A stretch of DNA of 64,000 nt from the NCBI GenBank assembly GCA_964652835.1, contig CAZZCB010000001.1:26935-90934 (forward strand). The letters run 5' to 3'. Source of the stretch: an uncultured Candidatus Saccharibacteria bacterium. Lineage in GTDB: Bacteria > Patescibacteriota > Minisyncoccia > Phycocordibacterales > CSBR16-119. Positions 34,958 to 44,603 of the stretch are shown in pieces (position 1 is the stretch's first letter; every line of letters begins with the position of its first letter). The notes beneath the pieces are model-generated. The model was not told the origin of the DNA. It was given only the letters and a program-made list of their open reading frames with translations, and searched no databases. The position numbers were made by a program, and so were the translations under genes.

Positions 34958-37084
34958 CTACCCTTTCGGATTCTTCACGAAATCCTTATCAGCTTCTTTA
35001 ATAGAAAGTCCTAATTTACCCATTTCATTTTTGATAATTTTAACTGGAACTATTTGTCCAAGCTTTAGAACTTCTTCTACTTTCTCCACCCGGAAAGGCG
35101 CTATTTCAGAAATGTGAATCATCCCCTCTTGTCCGTTCATCATTTTTGCAAAAGCTCCAAAATCTTTTATTCCGCTAATCTCAGCACTTGAAGTATCTCC
35201 AACTTTCCATTCGTAAGTCATATTTTCGATTATCTTTTTCGCTTCGTCAGCTCCACCATCTTTTCCTGTGATAAACACAGTTCCGTCATCCTCTATCGTG
35301 ATCTCTGTTTTTGTTTTGTCTCTGATTTCGTTTATTGTTTTTCCTCCAGAACCTATTACCATTCCGATTTTATCTGGAGATATTTTTGTCACTACTATTT
35401 TCGGCGCAAAAGGTGAAATATCTTTTCTAGGTTCTGCAATAGCTTCTTTAATAGTTTGAATAATTTTATTTCTAGCAGACAAACTTTGTGTCATAGCTTC
35501 TGATAGAATTTTCCGAGAAACTCCATCTACTTTTACATCGAGTTGTATTGCAGTCAGTCCGTTTTCTGTTCCAGCAACTTTAAAATCCATATCTCCGTAG
35601 TGATCTTCTGGGCCTTGAATATCTGTTAGGATTTTATAATTATTTTCATCTTTATACATCAGACCCATAGCAATACCTGCTACGGGAGCTTTGATCGGCA
35701 CACCACCGTCCATCAGCGCAAGAGACGATGCGCAGATAGAAGCTTGAGAAGTCGAACCGTTTGAAGCCATCGCCTCAGAAACAAGTCTTATCGTATACGG
35801 GAATTCTAGCTTGCTCGGCAGAACCACTTCCAAGGCTTTTTCAGCTAAAGCTCCGTGACCAACCTCTCTTCTGTTGACAAACCCAGCTCTGCCCATCTCT
35901 CCAACAGAAAAAGGTGGGAAGTTGTAGTGGTGCATAAACTGTTTGTTTTCTTCGTTCTCCATACCGTCTATAAGCTGAGCGTCTTCTGGTCCACCGAGCG
36001 TTAGCGCTGTGAAAATATGAGTTTCTCCTCGGTAGAAGATACCAGAGCCGTGAAGAACTTTTGAAAATCCTCCGGCCTGAGCGTAGAGTCCGCGCACCTC
36101 ATCCATCGCACGTCCATCCGCTCTGACATTGTTTTCTACGGCCTCTTTATGGAGAAGTGCGTCGAGCTGACCTTCAAAAAAATCTAGCTCTTTTTTAAAG
36201 CCAGCACTCTCTGGGAAATTTGTCTTGAGTAATTCTTTCCAAACCTTTTTTAGGCTTTCCATTTTTTCTTTTCCAGGGACTCCTGTCACTGCGTGATCTT
36301 TTAAAACAGGTCTTATTTTTTCTTCAAACAAAGAGAGGGCCTCGTTAGATATTTTTTCTTCTTCTAAAACTTTCTTTTCTTTACCGATTTCTTTTCGGAT
36401 TTCATTTTGCCAGTTTTCAAGTTTTTTAATTTCTACTTCTGCTTTTCCTAGAGCATCAGCGATAATATTTTCTGGGATTTGGTAAGCCACAGCTTCTATC
36501 ATATTTATCTTGTCTTCTTTTCCGCAAACAATAAGATCGTATTCAAAACCTTCTCCTCTGCTTTTCAGTGATGGATTAAAAATAGATTCACCGTTTCTCT
36601 CTATTAAACGCACTGCACCGATTGGACCAGCCCAAGGTATCTCAGAAGTATGAAGAGCTAGTGAAGCTCCATTCACCGCCAATATTCCTGGATCAATAGA
36701 TTCGTCCATTGCGAGCACTGTCGCAATAATCTGCACACCGTATTCCATTTGCTGGTTAAAAAGAGGGCGAAGAGTTCTGTCGATAACTCTTCCCGCGAGA
36801 ACAGCTTCATCTGTCGGCTTACCTTCTCTTTTCATAAAACGTCCGCCGCCGATTTTTCCTGACGCGTAGAACTTTTCGATATAGTCTACTGTTAAGTTAA
36901 ACCAGTCGGTCTGACTTTTTTCTTTTGACATCACGGCTGTAACGAGAACTCTCGTTTCGCCACAAGACATAATCACAGAGTTTGCTTGATCTACTAAATC
37001 AGAAAAAATAGCTGTTACCTCTTTTCCTCCTACTTCTAAAGTATATTTCTTTTCTTTCATTTTAATTTCCTGCCAATCTGGCAA
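34958..37084 (-). CDS. pnp: polyribonucleotide nucleotidyltransferase (PNPase)
   Basis: 708 aa; two RNase PH domains, KH and C-terminal S1 domain. Confidence 0.92.
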   Translation of the reverse strand: MPDWQEIKMKEKKYTLEVGGKEVTAIFSDLVDQANSVIMSCGETRVLVTAVMSKEKSQTDWFNLTVDYIEKFYASGKIGGGRFMKREGKPTDEAVLAGRVIDRTLRPLFNQQMEYGVQIIATVLAMDESIDPGILAVNGASLALHTSEIPWAGPIGAVRLIERNGESIFNPSLKSRGEGFEYDLIVCGKEDKINMIEAVAYQIPENIIADALGKAEVEIKKLENWQNEIRKEIGKEKKVLEEEKISNEALSLFEEKIRPVLKDHAVTGVPGKEKMESLKKVWKELLKTNFPESAGFKKELDFFEGQLDALLHKEAVENNVRADGRAMDEVRGLYAQAGGFSKVLHGSGIFYRGETHIFTALTLGGPEDAQLIDGMENEENKQFMHHYNFPPFSVGEMGRAGFVNRREVGHGALAEKALEVVLPSKLEFPYTIRLVSEAMASNGSTSQASICASSLALMDGGVPIKAPVAGIAMGLMYKDENNYKILTDIQGPEDHYGDMDFKVAGTENGLTAIQLDVKVDGVSRKILSEAMTQSLSARNKIIQTIKEAIAEPRKDISPFAPKIVVTKISPDKIGMVIGSGGKTINEIRDKTKTEITIEDDGTVFITGKDGGADEAKKIIENMTYEWKVGDTSSAEISGIKDFGAFAKMMNGQEGMIHISEIAPFRVEKVEEVLKLGQIVPVKIIKNEMGKLGLSIKEADKDFVKNPKG

Positions 37085-37285
37085 ATGCTTGTTTTCAGGC
37101 TTTAGGATTGAAATCTATTTTTTGATTTCAACTCTACTTGCCCAAAAACAAGTTATTTAATTTATAATACTTCGATTTTACTTGATTTTAGCCAAAAGAG
37201 AAAGTCTGGTTTTAGGGCACTTTATATTAAGGTTGCCCAAGATAAATAACAAAAACCCCTTTCGGGGTTTTTGTTATTTATCTTT

Positions 37286-38758
37286 TTATTTAGCTATTTT
37301 AATTCCCTCTTCTGCTTTTTCTTGTTCTTCTCTTTCTTCTTTATCTCTTGCTAGTTTTCTAGCGATTAAGATTATAAAGAATATGATTAGGACAATTATA
37401 AGCCATCCAATAAAAGATGATGGGAAGAATTTACCTGCAAAGATAGAGTTTGCTGATTGGTTAGAACCTCCGCTAACAACTTCGATGATTGAGTAAACCA
37501 GTGAGTCTACTTTAGCACCTACTGTTGTCGGGTGATCGTGGATTCCTAAAAGAGATGCAATAAGAAGAGTTTCTCCTTGCGCGCTCTTTAGAACATCTAC
37601 TATTACAAAGAATTCTCCTTTAGCTTCTTTTGGAAGAGTTTCCACCGTAACAACTACTGAGTTTGTAGATTTTGAATATCCACCAAGAGTTGTTTTTCTA
37701 AATGCAGTTTCCTTTGGAAGATTAACTTGCATTATTACGTTTTTAAGATCTTTTCCAGAATTGTTTTTATAAGAAACAGTATAAGTTACAGTGTCTCCGA
37801 TAGAAACTTTTTCTAGATTTGAACTTAGGTCAAGACTTAGGAATACAGAATTGTTTACAGTGCTTACTGTTGTGTTTGTCGATGTAGCTCCTGAGACAAC
37901 CCCAGTGTTAGTATTTACATATACACCTCCAGTTGTAAAAGTTGAAATATCGCCGTAATCTGTTCCTTCGTTGTTTTGAATAACAAGTCTTACGTAGTAA
38001 GTAGTTTTTTGAGAAAGACCAAGTATTTGTCTTGAAATATTACTTGTTCCGTTTCCGATAGATTGATTTGGAGTTCTGTTACCCATAGCAGTAGTGCGAC
38101 CATATTCAAACCAAGCATTTCCGTTTCCACCATCGTTTATAACAGAAATTCCGTTTAGATTTGCTGAATAACTTGTAACATTTGTCGCATATAAAGTTAT
38201 TGCATTTATACCACTTGCAGATGAGTTGTTGTCATCATCGTCGTTATCATTATTATTGTTGTTGTCGTCATCAGTTGTAAATGATCTTACGCTTCCAGAG
38301 TCATCGTTAGTACAAGCTCTGAAATAATAAGTTTCATCTTCGTCAAGACCAGATACTGTTCTAGAGAACACATCTCCGTCATCAAAATCTCCTGAAACAC
38401 TGTATTCTAGATCATCATCAGAACAAGAAGGTGTTGAGTCGTTATCATCGATAACAAACCAAACATCTACGTTGCTTCCGTTTGTAACTTCTCCTCTTAG
38501 TCTCGCAGAGTCTTCATCAATACTTGTCGCAGAAAGAGTTGTAACTTGATCATCGTTATTATTGTCGTTGTCATCATCGTTATCGTCGTCATCGTTGTTG
38601 TTTCCAGAACCATCCCAGTCTATAGGGACAAGTTCTTCTCCGTTCCAATAAGTTGCACCACCGTTGCTTTGAGCAAAAGATGGGTTAGCGAACAGACCAG
38701 AGAAAGAGAACACCAGTACAAACGCGAAAATATTTAGTTTTTTTATTGTGTTTTTCAT
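37286..38758 (-). CDS. surface protein with D/N-rich low-complexity linkers, Fn3-like repeats and C-terminal TM anchor
   Basis: Signal peptide. NNNDDDDNDDD tracts. Repeated ...RLRGEVTNGSNVDVWFV / ...YFRACTNDDSG blocks. C-terminal TM plus charged tail. Confidence 0.55.
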   Translation of the reverse strand: MKNTIKKLNIFAFVLVFSFSGLFANPSFAQSNGGATYWNGEELVPIDWDGSGNNNDDDDNDDDNDNNNDDQVTTLSATSIDEDSARLRGEVTNGSNVDVWFVIDDNDSTPSCSDDDLEYSVSGDFDDGDVFSRTVSGLDEDETYYFRACTNDDSGSVRSFTTDDDNNNNNDNDDDDNNSSASGINAITLYATNVTSYSANLNGISVINDGGNGNAWFEYGRTTAMGNRTPNQSIGNGTSNISRQILGLSQKTTYYVRLVIQNNEGTDYGDISTFTTGGVYVNTNTGVVSGATSTNTTVSTVNNSVFLSLDLSSNLEKVSIGDTVTYTVSYKNNSGKDLKNVIMQVNLPKETAFRKTTLGGYSKSTNSVVVTVETLPKEAKGEFFVIVDVLKSAQGETLLIASLLGIHDHPTTVGAKVDSLVYSIIEVVSGGSNQSANSIFAGKFFPSSFIGWLIIVLIIFFIILIARKLARDKEEREEQEKAEEGIKIAK

Positions 38759-38805
38759 ATTTTGTGTGTCCTGCTTTCACAGGTTTATTAACTTATAACC
38801 ACTAT

Positions 38806-38834
38806 ATTATAGCACTTTACAATATATTTGTCAA
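38806..38834 (-). promoter_or_regulatory. near-perfect sigma70 promoter (TTGACA-17-TGcTATAAT) for 37286..38758
   Basis: Minus strand reads gcTTGACAaatatattgtaaagtgcTATAAT. Confidence 0.65.
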
Positions 38835-38935
38835 GCATTATTTTATAACTTTTATTATTTTACCCTTGTTTTAAAAGACTTTTTTCAAGTAAAACATTCC
38901 TAAATATTCGATATTTCTATCAAAAACTTAGGAAT

Positions 38936-38962
38936 GTAGAGGGGCCATTGAGGCCCCTCTAC
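38936..38962 (-). terminator. GC-rich terminator of island gene 38997..40913
   Basis: agaggggcc-attga-ggcccctct perfect 9-bp stem. A 9-bp AT-rich inverted repeat (cattcctaa / ttaggaatg at 38895-38936) lies immediately downstream on the gene strand. Confidence 0.6.
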
Positions 38963-38996
38963 TACTTTCCCCGTTTTGGGGCTAGTTCCCTTCGTG

Positions 38997-40913
38997 TTAG
39001 CGACGCTTGGGTCCACTGCTGGAACCACCGCTTTGCATCGCATTGCGAGCAGGTGCGGAATTGGTCCGCATTTGCTGCCGAGCAGGTTGCGACGGCCTGA
39101 CTGCCACTGGCTTAGTAGCCACTCGGGTGTTACCGCTAACAGTACGCACCTGATGATGTGTCCGAGAAGGACTAGCAGAAGGTCGCACACCTCCAGTGTT
39201 TCGGCTGACAGTTCCACCGTTCCGTGAAGGAGTGGTGTTACCGTAAACTTGACCCCGGTTTCCGTTCGCTCGAGGCTGTTTAGGAGGATTAACGCTCGGC
39301 TTCGTACCATAACCTGAAGGCTTGGTAGTCTGAGCAGTAGATCCACCATTCACACGCCCTTGGGGAGCGGTTTGCGGCTTTGCGGCAGGCTTAGTGCTTA
39401 CACCGGATGAACCTTGACGGTTCTCGGCGAAAGTTTCAGACGTGCCGCGTCCATTGGCACCAGCTGGTGCCTGCAGACCACCCCTGGGAGCCATAGGCTC
39501 TTTGCTGGGAGGAGCAGCTACCATATCCGGGGTTGAAGGAGGAAGCTTGATCGTGGGTTTGTTACCCTCGACAACCTTTCTATCAGCCACCGAACCGGTA
39601 GGGATGGAAGAAGGCAGAACCAAGGCTGGGACTTTACGCTCCGTCGTTACCGACGTTGCGAGTCCAACTTTAGTTTGACCTTCAGCCGAAGCTTTGGTCG
39701 ACTGAGTGAATGAGGTGGAGTTTCCGCCAAGCTCTGCCGAAGCAAGCTCAACATACTCCTCTTCAACGTTTCCTCCTGAGGTTACGGCAGATTTGCATCC
39801 GCCACAGCCGTCGTTGTAAACGTCCCCGTAGTAATTGTTGCTGACTGTGTAGCCAACACCACTACCAACCCAGTCGATCCCGACATGGCTGTAGCCATTC
39901 CACACAGAGGAACCACCGCTTACCCAACGATTAGGCATACAGCCGTAATAAGGAATGGATGGCATACAGCCGAAACCGTTACCAAATCCACCGCCGAAGC
40001 CGAAACCAACAGAGAAGCCTCCGCCGAAGCCACCTATTCCCCAGTTGTTACCGAAGCCTCCACCCCACATTGGTTGTGAGTAAAAGGGTTGCAACATCAC
40101 GGGATAGCCGTAGGCACCAGCACTACCGAGTGGCGCGCCGTTGCTGGCGTGCCGGTAGTAGTTCTGGCTATATCCAGCATAGTCTCCCATGCCGAACTTA
40201 TAACCATTGCGCTTGTTCGAAGCGGTAGGCTCCCACTCACCCTCAGCGTTCTTGCTGAAGATGAATGTCGGGTCCTTTTTGCGGTCACCGGCTTTGATAG
40301 CCTTAGGCGCATCAGGATCTTCGGTCTCCCACTTGTCTCCGTTCTTCTGATAGAAACGGTCTTCATGGAAGAACGACTTACCTTCCTCGACCCACTCGAT
40401 GTTGGCAACTTTCGTCGCGTCATCGCTGGTCTCGGAAAACCCTTTCTTTGCTTCAGCCAGAACATCTGGCATTTGCCCAGAAGGGGTGTACACTTTGATG
40501 ATCCGGCTCGTAGATCCCTCGTAAAGGGGTACTAAGAATTTCGGATCATCCACATCCACACCCAAACTGGGTGGAATGTAGAAAGGTACGGACAAGTCCG
40601 ACACCCACACAGAAAGCGTGGTATCAATGAGACGGTATTCGTTGGCGCCGTCCAAGAGGATGAAGTCACCCTCAAGATTCACAGGCTTAACGTGGCTCGG
40701 ATATCCGAACAGGACATCTTCCCACATCTCATCGTTCAGCATCTCCGGGGAGATACCTCCGGGAACCACCGAATTGGTGGCCTCCCATCCACTTGAGGCC
40801 AAAACGACCTCCTTTACAGCCTTCACCCACTCTTGCGAATGAGCGGAGGTTTGCGCGAGCAATGGCTGAGCCATTGCGCACACGAAGAGAATGACAAAGA
40901 TCAGATTTTTCAT
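38997..40913 (-). CDS. secreted Gly-rich protein (GFGGG/GNxW repeats, basic S/T/P-rich tail), high-GC island (about 60% GC)
   Basis: Signal peptide MKNLIFVILFVCAMAQPLLAQ. Central WGGGFGNNWGIGGFGGGFSVGFGFGGGFGNGFGC block. No SD. Confidence 0.6.
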   Translation of the reverse strand: MKNLIFVILFVCAMAQPLLAQTSAHSQEWVKAVKEVVLASSGWEATNSVVPGGISPEMLNDEMWEDVLFGYPSHVKPVNLEGDFILLDGANEYRLIDTTLSVWVSDLSVPFYIPPSLGVDVDDPKFLVPLYEGSTSRIIKVYTPSGQMPDVLAEAKKGFSETSDDATKVANIEWVEEGKSFFHEDRFYQKNGDKWETEDPDAPKAIKAGDRKKDPTFIFSKNAEGEWEPTASNKRNGYKFGMGDYAGYSQNYYRHASNGAPLGSAGAYGYPVMLQPFYSQPMWGGGFGNNWGIGGFGGGFSVGFGFGGGFGNGFGCMPSIPYYGCMPNRWVSGGSSVWNGYSHVGIDWVGSGVGYTVSNNYYGDVYNDGCGGCKSAVTSGGNVEEEYVELASAELGGNSTSFTQSTKASAEGQTKVGLATSVTTERKVPALVLPSSIPTGSVADRKVVEGNKPTIKLPPSTPDMVAAPPSKEPMAPRGGLQAPAGANGRGTSETFAENRQGSSGVSTKPAAKPQTAPQGRVNGGSTAQTTKPSGYGTKPSVNPPKQPRANGNRGQVYGNTTPSRNGGTVSRNTGGVRPSASPSRTHHQVRTVSGNTRVATKPVAVRPSQPARQQMRTNSAPARNAMQSGGSSSGPKRR

Positions 40914-40984
40914 GGTCGTTGGGGTTTATATGTCGTTTCTGGTTGTTTTCGGTTTGTCTGAGTCCAAGACTCATTTCCTGGTAT

Positions 40985-41013
40985 AATATAGCATATCTCG
41001 GGTTTTTTGTCAA
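40985..41013 (-). promoter_or_regulatory. sigma70 promoter (TTGACA-17-TGcTATATT) for island gene 38997..40913
   Basis: Minus strand reads gcTTGACAaaaaacccgagatatgcTATATT. Confidence 0.6.
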
Positions 41014-41093
41014 GCACCCTAAAAGCCCCTACCCCACTGTTTTCCCCTTGTAAATATGTGCTTTTTCTTGACATAGAGTATAATTAATCGCGT

Positions 41094-42812
41094 ATGACAG
41101 TCCTATTTGATGACGAAAAGCAGTTAAAACAAGTCGAACTTCTTCGCACTGCCGAAGAAGAGGATTTGGCTAAAACCCTTGCCGAGACAAAATACGGTGT
41201 TCCGTATATTGATTTAACAAAAGTAACCATTGAAAACGACGCCCTAAAGACTGTCCCGGAACAAGAGGCACGAGAAATAGAAGTTGCCCCTTTTAATATT
41301 TCCGCAAAGAAAGTTTTGATCGCAGTGCACGCGCCAGAGCGTATGGAGGTTTTAAATCTAAAGAAAACTCTCGAAAGAAAAGGATACAAAGTAATTTATT
41401 TTATGGCTTCTAAGAAAAGCCTAGAAAAAGTTTGGGACAGATATCAAGAAGTTTCTCAAGCTGAAAAGTTAAAGGCTGGAAGTCTGTCTATCTCCGGAGA
41501 AACACTTCTTAAGACTGCGGAGAAAATTAAAAAGCTTGAAGATATCCAAAAAGAAGTTCAAAACATTACGGACGCAACATCAACTCACAAAGTTTCTAAG
41601 ATTATCGAAATTATTTTCGCTGGAGCGATCGCACTGAAAGCATCTGACGTGCACATCGAGCCGGCAGAAGATTTTGTTCAAGTTAGAATCAGACTCGACG
41701 GAATACTGCACGAAGTTCTAAAACTTGATGAAAGAATTTACAATCTTATAAACTCAAGAATAAAACTTGTTTCAGGACTAAAGCTTTCTAAGAACCAAGC
41801 GCAGGACGGACGTTTCTCTATTTGGCTAAATGAATACGAAGTTTCAATGCGTACTTCTGTTATCCCTGGAGCATACGGTGAAGGAATAGTTATGCGTCTT
41901 CTAAATCCACAATCGATAATGGTGCCGATGGAAGAACTAGGTATTGAGAAAAAACTTTTCAAAATAATCGAGAGAGAAATAGAAAAACCAAACGGACTAA
42001 TCATAATCACAGGTCCTACAGGTTCTGGTAAAACAACAAGTCTCTACACTTTCCTACAAAGAATATATTCTCCGGAAATTAAAATCCTAACTATAGAAAA
42101 CCCTATTGAATACCACCTAGAAGGAATAACCCAAACACAGACTGATCACAAAAAAGGTTACGGATTTCTAGAAGGTCTCCGAAGCGCACTAAGACAAGAC
42201 CCGGACGTGCTAATGATCGGAGAAATCAGAGATGGAGAAACAGCGAAGATTGCAGTCGAATCTTCACTTACCGGGCACATGGTTTTCTCTACTCTCCACA
42301 CAAACAACGCCGCCGGCGCAGTGCCGAGACTAATAGACCTTGGAGTTAATCCGAAAATCCTAGCCTCTGCCCTTTCACTTTCTATCGCCCAACGTCTGGT
42401 TAGAAAACTCTGCGTTCACTGTAAACAAAAAAGAGTAGTCACAAAAGACGAGGAAGAGATCGTAAGAAAGATTTTATCTGACGCTGGAAAGTTTGGAAAA
42501 GATTTAGCTTCTTATGGAGTAAGCGCGGACCAGAAAATAGAACTTTGGAAACCAGTCGGATGTGAAAAATGTAACGGAATTGGATATAAAGGACGTATTG
42601 GTATTTTCGAAGCTATCATATCGGACGATGCGATAATAGACATTATGCCGATGAACCCAAGTGAAGACGAGATAAAGGTCATCGCAAACAAACAAGGGAT
42701 ATTGGACATGAAAGAAGACGGCATCGTAAAAGCTGTCGCCGGTATCACAACAATAGAGGAAGTTAAAAAAGCAGTTGATATTTACGAGGAGATAAAGGTC
42801 AAAGAAGAATAG
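41094..42812 (+). CDS. pilB: type IV pilus assembly ATPase PilB (GspE family)
   Basis: T2SE N-terminal domain. Walker A GPTGSGKTT. Tetracysteine CVHCK...CEKCNG motif. Confidence 0.88.
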   Translation: MTVLFDDEKQLKQVELLRTAEEEDLAKTLAETKYGVPYIDLTKVTIENDALKTVPEQEAREIEVAPFNISAKKVLIAVHAPERMEVLNLKKTLERKGYKVIYFMASKKSLEKVWDRYQEVSQAEKLKAGSLSISGETLLKTAEKIKKLEDIQKEVQNITDATSTHKVSKIIEIIFAGAIALKASDVHIEPAEDFVQVRIRLDGILHEVLKLDERIYNLINSRIKLVSGLKLSKNQAQDGRFSIWLNEYEVSMRTSVIPGAYGEGIVMRLLNPQSIMVPMEELGIEKKLFKIIEREIEKPNGLIIITGPTGSGKTTSLYTFLQRIYSPEIKILTIENPIEYHLEGITQTQTDHKKGYGFLEGLRSALRQDPDVLMIGEIRDGETAKIAVESSLTGHMVFSTLHTNNAAGAVPRLIDLGVNPKILASALSLSIAQRLVRKLCVHCKQKRVVTKDEEEIVRKILSDAGKFGKDLASYGVSADQKIELWKPVGCEKCNGIGYKGRIGIFEAIISDDAIIDIMPMNPSEDEIKVIANKQGILDMKEDGIVKAVAGITTIEEVKKAVDIYEEIKVKEE

Positions 42813-42821
42813 TTAAAACAA

Positions 42822-42848
42822 AAGGACGACGCTTACGCGCCGTCCTTT
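42822..42848 (+). terminator. terminator after pilB
   Basis: aaggacgacgcttacgcgccgtcctt hairpin plus T-run. Confidence 0.7.
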
Positions 42849-43133
42849 TGTTTTTATTGAAAAAGATCTACAAACCTCCAAATAATCCTTTTTCTTACAA
42901 AGTAAGAAAAGTAATAAAATCTTAAAGGATAGCCGCAGTAACTCCGCTTGATGCGGTAACCATTGCGTCCTTTTTGAAGTTATAGAGACAGAGCCTGATT
43001 ACTTAGAGGTTTCTAAACCCTTTTCAATGAGACAGATAATATATCACGGACAAAAATATTGTAAAGTACATTTATAAGGACGCACCGTGCATACGTTCCT
43101 TACAAAATAAAAAAAGACTAAAACGTCTTTGTT

Positions 43134-43163
43134 TTGAACAAAAAATCACAAAAGTGATATAAT
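43134..43163 (+). promoter_or_regulatory. candidate promoter (TTGAAC-18-TATAAT) for ruvB
   Basis: ttgaac...aaagtgatataatg about 55 nt upstream of the ruvB ATG. Confidence 0.35.
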
Positions 43164-43216
43164 GTTTTTAAATCTTTAATTTACTTACCTGAGTAGTTTA
43201 GCATATAAAAAATAAA

Positions 43217-44209
43217 ATGTCAAGTGATACAAATACAAATGAAGAAATAAAGAGCGACAGCTTTTTAGACAATACTTTAAGACCTCGCACTTGGGACGAG
43301 TATATTGGTCAGGAAAAAATTAAACAAAACCTAAAAATACTTATCCAAGCAGCAGAAGAAAGGGGTCATGTCCCAGAACATATTTTATTCCACGGACCAC
43401 CCGGACTTGGTAAAACAACTCTTGCACACCTGATCGCTCGTGAAGCAGGGAAACAAATGAAAATAACATCTGGGCCTGCGATAGAAAAAGTTGGGGACCT
43501 CGCGAGCGTTCTAACAAATCTTTCTCCTGGAGATATTTTATTCATCGACGAGATTCACCGACTAAACAAAATGGTTGAAGAAGTTCTCTACCCTGCGATG
43601 GAGTCAGGAGTGCTCGATATCATCATCGGTAAGGGTCCTTCTGCTAGAACTATCCAGCTCGACCTACCACCTTTCACGCTCATCGCAGCGACGACTCGTC
43701 CAGCGCTCATCTCTTCCCCACTTCGTTCACGTTTCTCAGGCGGAGTTCACAGACTTGAATTTTATACAGATAACGAAATGAAAGAGATTGTGAAACGAGC
43801 GAGTCTTCTTTTGGGAACAGAAGCGGACGAAGGAGCAGTGGAAGAAATAGCAAAGAGAGCGCGGTTCACACCAAGAACTTCTAACTACTTTTTAAAACGC
43901 GCTCGCGACTACGCTCAAATAAATAAAGAAAAGTTAACAAAAGAAAATGTCCGTAAAGCGCTAGAGCTTTTAGGTGTTGACGATATCGGACTTTTTGAAA
44001 CGGACAGAAATCTTTTAAGGACAATAATCGAAAAGTTCGGCGGCGGACCCGTAGGACTAAACACTCTCGCCGCAGCAACAAGTGAAGAAGAGGCAACAAT
44101 AGAAGAAGTTATCGAACCATATCTTTTAAGACTAGGACTTCTCGAAAGAACACCTCGCGGACGAACAGCGACAGAAAAAGCATATCAGCACCTGGGGATT
44201 AGGCAGTAG
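43217..44209 (+). CDS. ruvB: Holliday junction branch-migration helicase RuvB
   Basis: GPPGLGKTTLA Walker A. RuvB sensor motifs. Confidence 0.92.
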   Translation: MSSDTNTNEEIKSDSFLDNTLRPRTWDEYIGQEKIKQNLKILIQAAEERGHVPEHILFHGPPGLGKTTLAHLIAREAGKQMKITSGPAIEKVGDLASVLTNLSPGDILFIDEIHRLNKMVEEVLYPAMESGVLDIIIGKGPSARTIQLDLPPFTLIAATTRPALISSPLRSRFSGGVHRLEFYTDNEMKEIVKRASLLLGTEADEGAVEEIAKRARFTPRTSNYFLKRARDYAQINKEKLTKENVRKALELLGVDDIGLFETDRNLLRTIIEKFGGGPVGLNTLAAATSEEEATIEEVIEPYLLRLGLLERTPRGRTATEKAYQHLGIRQ

Positions 44210-44225
44210 GCATCAGGCTTTAGCT

Positions 44226-44585
44226 ATGAAAACTTTTAAAGACTTAATTGTATGGCAGAAATCAATGGATCTTGTAAGGCTTGTTTATAAAACAACAAAA
44301 TCATTTCCTGCTGAAGAAAAATTTTCATTAACTAGTCAAATTCAAAGATCTGCAATATCGATACCTTCGAATATTGCAGAAGGAAAATTACGTAGGACAA
44401 ACAAAAATTTTATTCAGTTTTTATATATTTCTCTCGGCTCTTGTGCCGAACTAGAAACACAGATTATAGTCGCCAAAGATATCGGATATATAGAACCTGA
44501 TGATTTTGAAAAAATACAGACCGATATAAACGAGATTATGAAAATGATTACTGGATTAATTAAAAAACTAATGCCTAGCGCCTAA
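44226..44585 (+). CDS. four-helix-bundle protein (23S rRNA intervening-sequence protein family)
   Basis: LIVWQKSMDLV...IPSNIAEG...LYISLGSCAELETQ family pattern. Confidence 0.65.
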   Translation: MKTFKDLIVWQKSMDLVRLVYKTTKSFPAEEKFSLTSQIQRSAISIPSNIAEGKLRRTNKNFIQFLYISLGSCAELETQIIVAKDIGYIEPDDFEKIQTDINEIMKMITGLIKKLMPSA

Positions 44586-44603
44586 GGCCTAGTAACTATA
44601 CAA

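Noticed and set aside
38976-40842. Plus-strand ORFs inside the high-GC Gly-rich protein gene (38976..39227, 39442..39678, 39885..40228, 40089..40535, 40618..40842), the antisense ORFs 38900..39349 and 40097..40465, and the antisense ORFs within the OMP gene (33997..34263, 34109..34666)
   Set aside because: Typical spurious open frames in high-GC DNA. No start context, promoters or terminators.
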